From the NCBI GenBank assembly GCA_964627755.1, contig CAZVIH010000013.1:2148-66147 (forward strand): 64,000 nt of DNA. The letters run 5' to 3'. Within the stretch, counting starts at the first letter, position 1; the number at the start of each line of letters is the position of its first letter. Below, in pieces: positions 1-9,426 of this stretch. The DNA is from an uncultured Anaerolineales bacterium (lineage in GTDB: Bacteria > Chloroflexota > Anaerolineae > Anaerolineales > UBA11858). The notes under the pieces are model-generated. The model did not search any database, was not told the DNA's origin, and saw nothing but the letters and a program-made list of their open reading frames with translations. A program made the translations under genes and the position numbers.

Positions 1-1
1 G

Positions 2-346
2 GCCCGGGCTCTGGCCCAGGAAGCCGAACTGATGCTGCTGGACGAACCTTTTAACGGCCTCGATGTCCCGGCCCAGAAAAAGGTGCTCGAGATCCTGTCC
101 ACCCTTAAACAGCAAAACGTGACTGTAATGATCTCGATGCATGACCTGCGCCTGGCGGCTGAACAATTTGACAGGGTAATGTTATTGAACAAAGAATTAT
201 TGGGTTTTGGCGTACCCGAAGAGGTGTTCACTCGTGAGCTGCTGCTGAAAGCCTACCAGGGACACCTTCATTTTGTGGAAGGGGAATATGATACCCTGGC
301 TGTAGGAGACGATTGCTGTGAGGGAGAGCACCATGAATATCATTGA
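2..346 (+). CDS. Metal-type ABC transporter ATP-binding protein, C-terminal fragment (5' end lies outside the window)
   Basis: The frame is open from the window edge. The translation ARALAQEAELMLLDEPFNGLD carries Walker B and the D-loop, and ISMHDL carries the H-loop histidine. The stop overlaps the start of an ABC-3 permease gene. Confidence 0.85.
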   Translation, partial: ARALAQEAELMLLDEPFNGLDVPAQKKVLEILSTLKQQNVTVMISMHDLRLAAEQFDRVMLLNKELLGFGVPEEVFTRELLLKAYQGHLHFVEGEYDTLAVGDDCCEGEHHEYH

Positions 347-1199
347 CCTGTTATTAACCCCACTTAATTATTCCTTTATGGTTCGTGGTTTAACTGCGGC
401 TGTGCTGACCGGAATTGTCTGTGCTGTGATCGGAGTTTATGTAGTGGTACGGGGCATGGCTTTTTTCGGTGATGCCCTGGCGCACTCGATCCTGCCTGGA
501 GTCGCGGTGGGCTACCTGCTCACAGATGGTGCCCGGGAGCCGCTCTTCTGGTGGGGCACCGGTACCGCAGTTGTGGTCTCTTTGGTGATTGGTGCTGTCA
601 GCAAGGGAGCCAGGATCAAACAAGACACAGCGATCGGCATTATCTTTGCGGGTATGTTTGCTTTGGGTATAGCCATCATCTCCACCGTTAAGAGCTACAC
701 AGTGGATTTGACCCATTTCCTGTTTGGAGATGTGCTGGGTGTGTCCGGAAATCAGCTGATCACCATTGCAGTATTCAGCGCCCTGATCCTGATCCTGGTG
801 ATAGCTTTTTACAAGGAATTCCTGGTGATGACTTTTGATCCCACCCTGGCAGCCACCCTGCGCATCCCCACCCGGGTTTTCGAGTATTTGCAGCTGGTGT
901 TGATTGCTCTGACCGTTGCGGTCTCATTCCAGGCAGTGGGAGTTGCGCTGATGGTAGCCATGTTGATCACTCCGGCTGCGGCGGCTTACCTGCTCACCAA
1001 GCGCCTGCCGATCATGATGATCCTGGCAGCGATCATCGCCTCGGCATCCGGTGTGATCGGGCTTTACCTTTCTTACTATATCAACGTGGCCTCTGGTCCG
1101 GCCATTGTGCTGGTCGCGACGGGATTTTTCCTTATAGCGTGGGGGTATTCCAGCCTGAATAAAAGGATGCTGATCCGGGAATCTATCAGGGAAGGATGA
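333..1199 (+). CDS. Metal ABC transporter permease (ABC-3 family, ZnuB/MntB/TroCD-like)
   Basis: Polytopic membrane protein of about 288 aa. It has family-typical segments FFGDALAHSILPGVAVGYL and HFLFGDVLGVS. ATG 333 (MNIIDLL) overlaps the upstream ATPase stop by 14 nt. The ORF-track start at 318 is also possible. Confidence 0.85.
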   Translation: MNIIDLLLTPLNYSFMVRGLTAAVLTGIVCAVIGVYVVVRGMAFFGDALAHSILPGVAVGYLLTDGAREPLFWWGTGTAVVVSLVIGAVSKGARIKQDTAIGIIFAGMFALGIAIISTVKSYTVDLTHFLFGDVLGVSGNQLITIAVFSALILILVIAFYKEFLVMTFDPTLAATLRIPTRVFEYLQLVLIALTVAVSFQAVGVALMVAMLITPAAAAYLLTKRLPIMMILAAIIASASGVIGLYLSYYINVASGPAIVLVATGFFLIAWGYSSLNKRMLIRESIREG

Positions 1200-1368
1200 T
1201 TGGGCGCGGAGTTAGAAGTTATTTGAAACCATCGTCACTTCCAGGGCAATCTCCCGGGCATCTTCGCCTCCATCGCTCACGGCATTTCTCATGGGCCCGG
1301 AACGATGCAGGCTTAGATCAACAATCTAAATATACTGAGATTTGTTATTTGGGATTTCCAAAGCCAAT

Positions 1369-3315
1369 TTATCCTTTCGCTCCGAAGTCCTCCTCTCCGA
1401 GTTTAAACTGCCTTTCGTATAAGTCCCGGTATAAACCACCCTGTTCGATCAGCTGATCATGGGACCCCCGCTGGACGATCTTTCCCTGGTCGATGACCAG
1501 GATCTGGTCTGCCGCCAGGATAGTGCTCAGCCGGTGGGCAATCACCAGGCTGGTTCTGCCGACCATCACACGTTCAAGGGCGTGTTGAATGAGAGCTTCA
1601 CTCTCAGAATCAAGGTGGCTGGTTGCCTCGTCGAGGATCAGGACTCGCGGATCCATCAGCACAACCCGAGCGATGGCGATGCGCTGTTTTTCGCCTCCCG
1701 AAAGGCGGTAGCCCCGTTCCCCGGCGATGGTATCGTAGCCTTCAGTCAGATTGGAGATAAAGTCGTAGATATTGGCGGTTCGGCAGGCCTGTTCCAATTC
1801 ATCCTGGGTTGCGTCAGGTTTAGCATAAAGCAGATTGGCGCGAATGGTGTCATGAAATAGATATGTTTCCTGAGTTACCATGCCAATCCAGGGAGCCAGG
1901 GATGCCAGTTGAAGATCCCGCAGATCGTGGCCGTCCAGCAAGACCCGGCCCTGGCTGGGATCATATAGCCGGGGAACCAGATAGGTGATGGTGGTTTTAC
2001 CAGCCCCGCTGGGACCTACCAGGGCTGTCAATTTTCCGGGCCGCATCTCAAAACTGATATCCTGCAGAACCGGCTTTTGTTCCTGGTCACCTGTTCCTGG
2101 AGAACTGCTGTAAGATTCTCCACTTTTGGTTACCGCCAAGCCGGTGCCTCTTCTGCTGAACCGTTCCACATCCTCAAGTCCAATCATGGAATCCTGATCA
2201 CCCTCATAACTGAAGGACACATTTTCGAACTTCACCTGGCCCCGACATTCATTCAATACAAGAGCTTCAGGTCGATCATCAAGTTCTATCGGGATATCAA
2301 GGACCTCGAAGACGCGCTCAAAACTTACCAGGCTGGTGGCAAACTCAACCCTGGCGTTTAATAGAGCTGTTAGAGGCCTGTAGAGCTGGGTTAGGTAAGC
2401 GCTGAAAGCAACGATCGTACCGATGGTAAAAGTTCCCCTTAGAACCATATGCCCACCCAGCCAATAAACCAGCGCTGTGCCAATCGCTCCGACAAGTCCC
2501 AGGCCCATAAAGAACCATCTTCCGATCAATGAGCTTCTAATGCTGATATCACGAACCTGGACGGCTTTGTCAGAAAACCGCTGTACCTCATCTTTCCGCC
2601 TTCCAAAGATCTTGGTTAGCAAGGCGCCGCTGACATTGAGCGTTTCATTCATCAGCGAGCTCATCTCTCCCCGCAGCCGCATCTGTTGGCGGGTGATCTG
2701 GCGCAGGACGATCCCTATCCGCCGTGAAGGCAGGATCAACAAAGGCATGATGATGACTGCGGCCAGGGTTAATCGCCATTCCAGTGAGATCATCACAACG
2801 AGAGTGCTTAGCAGGGAAATGACGTTTGTGATCAGGTTGATCATGGTACCCGTAACGGCTCTTTGGGCTCCATTGACGTCGTTGTTGAGGCGCGACATCA
2901 TCTCCCCGGTTTTTGTGTGGGTGAAGAAGCGCATGCTCATGCGCTGCATATAGGTATAGAGCGCCTGGCGGAGATCACAAATAATTCCTTCACCTACAGC
3001 TGAATTGAGGTATCCCTGGGCGACCTGGATGAATCCGTTAAGCAGGGGCAGGCTGAAGAGCCCCAAGGCCAGCCAGTTCAAACGGGTTATATCCTTGTTA
3101 GGCAGGGCATTATCCAGTAGATCGCGAAAGAGCAGAGGGGAGAGCAGATTGACCAGTGAAGAAATTGCGATCAGGACGATCAATAAGATTGCTTTGGATG
3201 TATAGGGGCGGATATAGACCGCAACCCGTTTGAGAAGGAACCAGCTGATCTGGGGTTGGTCGCGCTCTTCATCAAAACTGATATAGGAACGCCATCCACT
3301 TCCTCCGTAACCCAA
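1369..3315 (-). CDS. ABC exporter, fused permease/ATP-binding protein (MsbA/multidrug type)
   Basis: N-terminal six-helix TMD followed by an NBD. The NBD has Walker A GPSGAGKTT, signature LSGGEKQRIAIAR and Walker B LILDEATSHLD. There is an unusual insertion of about 35 aa before Walker A (see findings). Confidence 0.9.
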   Translation of the reverse strand: MGYGGSGWRSYISFDEERDQPQISWFLLKRVAVYIRPYTSKAILLIVLIAISSLVNLLSPLLFRDLLDNALPNKDITRLNWLALGLFSLPLLNGFIQVAQGYLNSAVGEGIICDLRQALYTYMQRMSMRFFTHTKTGEMMSRLNNDVNGAQRAVTGTMINLITNVISLLSTLVVMISLEWRLTLAAVIIMPLLILPSRRIGIVLRQITRQQMRLRGEMSSLMNETLNVSGALLTKIFGRRKDEVQRFSDKAVQVRDISIRSSLIGRWFFMGLGLVGAIGTALVYWLGGHMVLRGTFTIGTIVAFSAYLTQLYRPLTALLNARVEFATSLVSFERVFEVLDIPIELDDRPEALVLNECRGQVKFENVSFSYEGDQDSMIGLEDVERFSRRGTGLAVTKSGESYSSSPGTGDQEQKPVLQDISFEMRPGKLTALVGPSGAGKTTITYLVPRLYDPSQGRVLLDGHDLRDLQLASLAPWIGMVTQETYLFHDTIRANLLYAKPDATQDELEQACRTANIYDFISNLTEGYDTIAGERGYRLSGGEKQRIAIARVVLMDPRVLILDEATSHLDSESEALIQHALERVMVGRTSLVIAHRLSTILAADQILVIDQGKIVQRGSHDQLIEQGGLYRDLYERQFKLGEEDFGAKG

Positions 3316-3804
3316 TGTTGAGCTCCTTTAATACTGACTGCTATATCGTTGATATGCTTGCCATGATCCCAAGCATCTGAAATTTTACCTCCCTAGAATA
3401 ATAAATCCAACGATCCAGGTTTTGATAATGATGCTGGTTCTGTTCTATCCAGTGCTGCTGAAGGGATATATTGTTTAGGGATAGAATTTTAATTTCTGGT
3501 TAGTAAGGAGAATATTTGACCTATCTCTGGATAGTAAGGTTCTCAATATAATTTGCTTAAAATATTGTTCCTGTTTTTTATAAGGACCGATTTTCTATTA
3601 AGGAGAGGGAGTTTTAACTTAAGGCAGACCTTTTTTCAGACTGAAATTTCGAATTCAGGAGGGCGCCAAGAATACTCTCAAGGTAAGTGTCCCAGCAATT
3701 CTGCCTTCGATGATAGTGATCATCATAGGCTTGACCAGATCTGAACCAACACCGATCTTTAGCCAGATCCAAAGAGGATAAAAAAACCTTTGTTCGAACC
3801 CGAA

Positions 3805-5076
3805 TTACAATTCAAAAGCCCATTCACCTTTTCTCATCAGGGGGTGGGCCTTGCCATCCTGATCATAACCATCGACATCGATCTCGGCTGATCCGATCAT
3901 AAAATCATAATGGACTGTGCTGTGGTTGCCTCCGGCCTGGAGGAATTCCTCAGTGCTCATCTGATCTGCGCCTTTTAGACAATCCCGAATCCCCCTTCCG
4001 AGGGCGATGTGAATGGAGGCGTTCTCATCCAGCAGGGTATTGTGAAAGACCACCCCGGCCTGGGAGATGGGCGAACTGTTGGGCACCAGGGCCAGCTCAC
4101 CCAGGCGGCAGGAGCCTTGATCTACTTCCAAGGTCTTTTTCACGAACTCTTCCCCTGTTTCAGCCTTGACTTTGGTGACCTTGCCATCCTTGAACTCGAG
4201 ATAAAGGCCGTCCACAAATCCATCACCCATCGTGAAAGGTTTGGTCGATGAAACATAACCATCCACTCCCAGCCGGTCGGGCAAGGTGAAAACCTCCTCG
4301 GAAGGCATGTTAACGGCATTCTCCCGCCCCTCTTGATCTTTCAGGACTGCGGTTTTCCACTGATGGCCTTCCGGGAGCTGGATCTTCAGATCCGTTCCGG
4401 GACTTTTCAGGTGGATGTATTGAAAGCTGTTCTGCGTCAGGCTGTCAGCGCGTTTCATCAGAGAAGAAAAATGACCTGCCCAATAGGCGACGGGATCATC
4501 TTTGTCCAGCCGGTAAAACTTGATCAGGTATTCCGAGATCCTTTCCACTGCGTCTTCCGGAGCCAGATCCGGAAAGACAGCTTGTGCCCATCCAGTCGTG
4601 GGATAAAGCAGGATGATCCAGGGGGTAGGGTGCCCCACCAGGTATTCGTTGGCTTCCCGGAATGTCTCAGAACGGATCTTTTGCATTTCGGATAACAGGG
4701 ATGAATCAATCCCTTTGAACAGATAGGGGTTTGAACCCCCAATATAGATCCGGGCATCTTTCCGGTCAGTGGCTTTATACAGCTCGTCAACGGACCAGGT
4801 TGGAATTTCCTGAAAAGAACCCCTGGGAGCGTTCTGATAGCGGATCAGGTCCAGTTCTGGATCTCCCCAGAAAACTTCAACCAGGGGTGCTCCCATCTGG
4901 TAGGCCCTTTCGGTAAGTTTCCTGACCAGGGGAGCCGCTTCCAATGGGGTATAGAATCGGGCTGATCTGCCCGGTAAAGCACCGATCCTGATCCGCTGTC
5001 CTTTTTTATAGTTCAACCCAACCTTCATGATCAGATCGGCGTAGCTGTCCAGGTACTTTTCAAAGATCTTGGCCAT
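3805..5076 (-). CDS. Aminopeptidase, M29 (AmpS/PepS thermophilic metalloprotease) family
   Basis: 423 aa. The overall pattern is typical of M29 aminopeptidases (NMPSEEVFTLP, HNTLLDENASIHIALG, HYDFMIGS). An AGGAG-like SD lies upstream of the ATG. Confidence 0.8.
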   Translation of the reverse strand: MAKIFEKYLDSYADLIMKVGLNYKKGQRIRIGALPGRSARFYTPLEAAPLVRKLTERAYQMGAPLVEVFWGDPELDLIRYQNAPRGSFQEIPTWSVDELYKATDRKDARIYIGGSNPYLFKGIDSSLLSEMQKIRSETFREANEYLVGHPTPWIILLYPTTGWAQAVFPDLAPEDAVERISEYLIKFYRLDKDDPVAYWAGHFSSLMKRADSLTQNSFQYIHLKSPGTDLKIQLPEGHQWKTAVLKDQEGRENAVNMPSEEVFTLPDRLGVDGYVSSTKPFTMGDGFVDGLYLEFKDGKVTKVKAETGEEFVKKTLEVDQGSCRLGELALVPNSSPISQAGVVFHNTLLDENASIHIALGRGIRDCLKGADQMSTEEFLQAGGNHSTVHYDFMIGSAEIDVDGYDQDGKAHPLMRKGEWAFEL

Positions 5077-5222
5077 CTCAACTCTCCTGTAGGTGCTTTA
5101 CTATGATATTAAACTTCATCTCCCCCACATTCCACCCAGGTAAATTAACCATTACTTATTTCACCGGGTTCGCCTATGCTGATCCCGGTCTGCTGGATTC
5201 TGTAATCATCTCGGGGACCTGA

Positions 5223-6236
5223 TCAGGGCATTTTTTTGAGTTTGAGGTTATTCAGGATAGCGCTCTTTGTAAATAACCCAGCCTGATTGGTCGCTTCTAT
5301 ATAATATTCAATAATGGATGACTCAATATCTCTGTAGCCGTCGATGTTGCGGGCATCCAGGGTCACATGCCAGACATCCTCCGAAGTTAAAACCATGGAA
5401 ATGTTATACCACTGGGCTTTTCCAGCCAGGTGATAAATGAATCTGACGTTTGTGACCGGAATTTCTCCGCCGCACTGGGCCTGGATGGTGGTGGTTTTTT
5501 GAGGGTTATCCCCCCAATAAATTTCCGGGTTCGAGGGAAATACCCTTGTAATATAAGGCGGGGATTCCAGAATTTCCAGATCTTCCGGGATGCAGACAGA
5601 AGTGGCAGTTGTACCTGACACCCAGCAAGCCTGTTCCAGGGTGTCCGGCTGGACAGCCCACCAGCTGGAATCCTGGTTCCTTCCCAGCACCGGGGCCGAT
5701 TCACCCTCAAGCAGGTATACAGCCGGGTCATTATAGGTCGAGGGCCCCATTCTGCAGGTTGTGTTCATGGTTGCCCTGATTTCCGGATCACAGCTGATCG
5801 GCTCTGGGGTTGGAGTTTCAGTTGGATTGAATTCAAGTGCGATCGACGGCTGATCATCCTCGCTTACGACAACCCGGGCTAGAGCTGGATCGCTCCATTG
5901 GCCGCCCGAGTTTTGGGACCTGGCCTGGATCAAGTATTCTCCCGCAGAAGGCGGAGTCCATCCCAGCTTAACGGTGAACAGCAGATCTCCCGGATCCGGG
6001 TTATTAACAACGCTCAGTATCTCGCCGTTGACGGAGATCTCCAGCGCTTCAACCGTGTCTGGGGCGCTCCCGTGGGCAACAATCTGATAGGGCGCCAGAG
6101 GCAAGGTGGAATCATTCAAGGGGGCGTCGATCCAGGAGATCAATCCGGGTGATATGCTGGGCCCGGACGCGCCGCAAGCAGACACCAACAGGGCTAATAC
6201 TGTCGTAGAAAGGAAGATTAGGATAGTTTTCCTCAT
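5223..6236 (-). CDS. Secreted lipoprotein of unknown function with an Ig-like module
   Basis: Signal peptide with a lipobox-like LVSACG and a Pro/Thr linker (NPTETPTPEP). The segment ISWIDAP...ARVVV resembles the first extracellular module of the upstream 1018-aa protein (shared VNG, WTP and RS positions). Confidence 0.6.
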   Translation of the reverse strand: MRKTILIFLSTTVLALLVSACGASGPSISPGLISWIDAPLNDSTLPLAPYQIVAHGSAPDTVEALEISVNGEILSVVNNPDPGDLLFTVKLGWTPPSAGEYLIQARSQNSGGQWSDPALARVVVSEDDQPSIALEFNPTETPTPEPISCDPEIRATMNTTCRMGPSTYNDPAVYLLEGESAPVLGRNQDSSWWAVQPDTLEQACWVSGTTATSVCIPEDLEILESPPYITRVFPSNPEIYWGDNPQKTTTIQAQCGGEIPVTNVRFIYHLAGKAQWYNISMVLTSEDVWHVTLDARNIDGYRDIESSIIEYYIEATNQAGLFTKSAILNNLKLKKMP

Positions 6237-6272
6237 TGGATGAACTCCTGTAAGCAGCGCCGGGCAAATTGA

Positions 6273-9200
6273 TTATGGATAACAGGCATCTTTGGTATCC
6301 TGATAAAAGACCGGCACCGCGCTGGCGCCGCAGGGTACCAGTTGGGAATTTTCATCCGGCTGGGTATGTCCGATCAAGCCATCAGGCATGCTCAAACAGG
6401 ATACATCCGCTTCGATCTTGATCAGGCCTCCATTGATTAAACATACCCAATCAAATAATATCCCTCGGTTTCCCCCGATCTCGCCCACATCCTCTATCTC
6501 AAGATTGCGGGAATTGAGCTCGAGCATTAAGGAGTGGATGTGCTCCGGGATATAGTACTGGTGGGGAGTGAGCGATAGTGGGATGATGATGCTTTCGCCT
6601 GGCGCCAGGGGGGGGATAGGCAGAGTTTGGCTGTCAAAGACATTATTCTGGAGTTTAATGATCGGTACGTCGATACCGAAGTTTTTTGGATAGCCGCTGT
6701 TCCCGTCCCGGTAACTGTAGAAATACGGAATGGTTTGTCCAGCGAGCTGGGTGTTTTCCGCTGTAAAATGGACATTCACTACATAAGCAGCCTGATTATC
6801 ATATTCATATTGACCGGCAGGTTCCTGGCCTTTGCGGGTGATTTGTACAGATGCGCGGGCTGGTTCGGCAACTCCTTCTGGCACAGGTTCAGTTTCCACC
6901 CCGGGAGGCAGACAGAGGCTGTGTTTCCCCAAAACGTTGGCCCAGCTTTCCCCCACACATCCGGGCTGGGTACTGTTCTCCGCCACCAGATCGACAACAT
7001 CCTCCAGCCCTTCCCTGAGTATCTTCTGGCATTCTTCAGGGCAGGGAATTCCGGCTTCTGCTGCTGCCAGTTCGATGGCATATTCAATGCCTTGATTTTT
7101 CAGTTCCGTAAAAGAGGGCAGATTGGGCGGGATGCCGGTGAAATATGCCATCCCGATCTCAAGCCCCAGTTTCAATCCGGCTTTGCATTCTGAATTGCAG
7201 GGAATGCCCAGCCCATTGATGGCGGCGGCAGCCACATCTACAATCCCCGCTTTGAGGGCATTAAACGCGCTAACAACAGTGTCCCAAAACTCAGTCAAGC
7301 CATCCACGAACATCGAGCCCCAATCGCTGAGAACAGAACCCGAATCGGAGGACTTGTCGTACGGTGCCGGGCAGACGATCAGGTTGTTCTGGACAGCGTA
7401 GTTCAAATCGTCATACATCTGGGTGGCAAGCTGATCGATTAAGGAATCGGGGGTCATAGGAGGTATTGTGGACCGATAGTATTGCCAGATAGCATCATAA
7501 TCCAGGCTGGTTATGGACACACATCCCCAGTACCGGGAGTCCATGTTTTTTATGGGTACAAAATCTACGATCTCAACCTCATAGATCTCCGGGAGATGAT
7601 CGACAATCACCGGCTCAATGAAAGACTCCCCTGGTTTTGCCAGGATTTCCACGGTATTGGAGGGTTTGCCGGCGGGCTGGCTGCTTGCCATGGGTGTGAA
7701 GCGGATGTAATACCGGGTTTCAAAAATCGGTCTTTGGGTGGTTATAAAGTTAAATTTTGAATACTCGATCCAGGGTTGGGAATATCCCCCGCAAGAAGCC
7801 GGTGCGGGCAGGTAATCTGACAAGGATTGATAATCAACCAGGAAAGATCCCTGCAGTTTACCATCACTGCAGCCTGCTCCAACCAGCCCGTAAGGGTGGG
7901 GTGAGAAATCCCCAGAAAAAGGAACTGTGGAAATCTGCCATAAAACTGCAGTTGTCCCCGGTGCAGTGGTGGACCAGTAGAATTCCCTGACCTGGTCTTC
8001 TGCGTCATTGGCCAGCTCTCCATAACTGGATCGGAATCCGCTGGCAGCATCACCTGTGCAGCCAGTACCGAGATTACAGACTGTTAATCGAGAATCGTCG
8101 ATTCTCATGTGGTAGGACCCTAAATTAACCAGAGAACCGCCGCTCCAGCCCCAGACAACCACATCCGCATAGGAGACAGGGAAACTAAAAGTTGATGTTA
8201 ATCCTTTGACCACGGCCCTCAGGGAAGTGGGGTATTCAGAGGGTGTGAGGAACCCGTCCGGGTTGTGGGGGTAGCGCTGATACCCGGCACTGTTGAAAGA
8301 ATAATAAAAATAGGCCAGGTCCAGAACTTCCAGATCCTTCTGTTCCAGATCCTCCGGGGCTGTGTTCTGATTGATCTCAGCACACAGCGGGTCAGAAATC
8401 TTGACCATGATCGGAGCGCTGGGTGACTCGCCAGCTCCATTAAAGGCGCTGGCATAATAAATAGCTTCTGCTGCCGGAGAAGGGTCCTGATAACTGAATG
8501 AGGTTCCCGGATCAGCAGTTCCAAGCTCTGCGATCCTTTCAAAAGCTGAGCTGCCAGCTTCCGACCGATAAATTAAATACCCCAGTTCGTTATCAGCCTG
8601 ATCTGTGATAACCAGTTGGACTGAGCAGTCGCTCAGGGAATATGTTAGCCCGGGAGCCGGAGGGACTGAAGCACTTGAGCTGAACCGCTTACCCAGCCAG
8701 AGTTTGAGATCAGTGGTGACCGGTTCAGCGGGGGAGGATGCAGGGCTTATGCCTTGGGCAGATTCTGGAACCACAGGAAAGGGATTCTCACTAACTGAGA
8801 GGGGATAGATGATCTGATTTTCCTGATCTTCGCTGCCATCCCTGGACAGGAGCCTTAAGCCGGCCGGTGCTGTGACTTTGATCAGGACCGGGTTTGAGGT
8901 AATTGTGCTGCCTTGATCGACTGTTGATCTGACCAGGATCCGGGCGTCCTGTTCAACAGCCGGCGTCCAATAGAAGGTGTGGGTATAATAATGCCTTTCC
9001 GGGCCATCAGGCTGCTGGGTCAGGACCAGCTTTCCGTTCACCCAGAGCTCAAATGCAGAGATCGGACCTTCGGTTGAAGATGATACAAGGATGGGTATAG
9101 AGGCGTCTGCTGGATAACTGCTCTGATCCTCAGGAGAAAGAATGATCAGAGAAGCACGAGTGTCGTTTTGGGGAAATTGCTCTGGAAGGGAAGGGATATT

Positions 9201-9329
9201 TGAGATCAGGATCCATGCTCCCAGAGAGATAAAAATGATGATCAGGAGAATACCGCCAACCCAAATCAGGCCCTGCCGCTTTGATGTCTTCAATGTTGAC
9301 CTCCCCACATTATCACTATTTTTGAGCAA
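6273..9329 (-). CDS. Large membrane-anchored, Cys-rich extracytoplasmic protein of unknown function (Ig-like + FN3-like modules)
   Basis: 1018-aa uninterrupted ORF with one N-terminal TM helix (LIWVGGILLIIIFISLGAWILI). It has an Ig-like module (aa ~60-155) and an FN3-like module (aa ~225-310, LGYLIYRSEAG...YYASAFNGAGES). About 24 Cys follow, including a duplicated GIPCxxEC motif. Confidence 0.7.
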   Translation of the reverse strand: MLKNSDNVGRSTLKTSKRQGLIWVGGILLIIIFISLGAWILISNIPSLPEQFPQNDTRASLIILSPEDQSSYPADASIPILVSSSTEGPISAFELWVNGKLVLTQQPDGPERHYYTHTFYWTPAVEQDARILVRSTVDQGSTITSNPVLIKVTAPAGLRLLSRDGSEDQENQIIYPLSVSENPFPVVPESAQGISPASSPAEPVTTDLKLWLGKRFSSSASVPPAPGLTYSLSDCSVQLVITDQADNELGYLIYRSEAGSSAFERIAELGTADPGTSFSYQDPSPAAEAIYYASAFNGAGESPSAPIMVKISDPLCAEINQNTAPEDLEQKDLEVLDLAYFYYSFNSAGYQRYPHNPDGFLTPSEYPTSLRAVVKGLTSTFSFPVSYADVVVWGWSGGSLVNLGSYHMRIDDSRLTVCNLGTGCTGDAASGFRSSYGELANDAEDQVREFYWSTTAPGTTAVLWQISTVPFSGDFSPHPYGLVGAGCSDGKLQGSFLVDYQSLSDYLPAPASCGGYSQPWIEYSKFNFITTQRPIFETRYYIRFTPMASSQPAGKPSNTVEILAKPGESFIEPVIVDHLPEIYEVEIVDFVPIKNMDSRYWGCVSITSLDYDAIWQYYRSTIPPMTPDSLIDQLATQMYDDLNYAVQNNLIVCPAPYDKSSDSGSVLSDWGSMFVDGLTEFWDTVVSAFNALKAGIVDVAAAAINGLGIPCNSECKAGLKLGLEIGMAYFTGIPPNLPSFTELKNQGIEYAIELAAAEAGIPCPEECQKILREGLEDVVDLVAENSTQPGCVGESWANVLGKHSLCLPPGVETEPVPEGVAEPARASVQITRKGQEPAGQYEYDNQAAYVVNVHFTAENTQLAGQTIPYFYSYRDGNSGYPKNFGIDVPIIKLQNNVFDSQTLPIPPLAPGESIIIPLSLTPHQYYIPEHIHSLMLELNSRNLEIEDVGEIGGNRGILFDWVCLINGGLIKIEADVSCLSMPDGLIGHTQPDENSQLVPCGASAVPVFYQDTKDACYP

Positions 9330-9426
9330 GATTAATTATAGTCCAATTGTGAACGAATCAATCCTGTCTGGACCGCACAATAGTGATTGCAGGAATGATA
9401 TTGCTTTGTGGCGATTCTGGTTTTGG

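Noticed and set aside
1196-1456. 86-aa ORF following the metal permease gene.
   Set aside because: It runs into the 3' end of the convergent ABC exporter gene. It has no SD, and its composition (Ser/Pro/Arg-rich) is unlike the neighbouring proteins.
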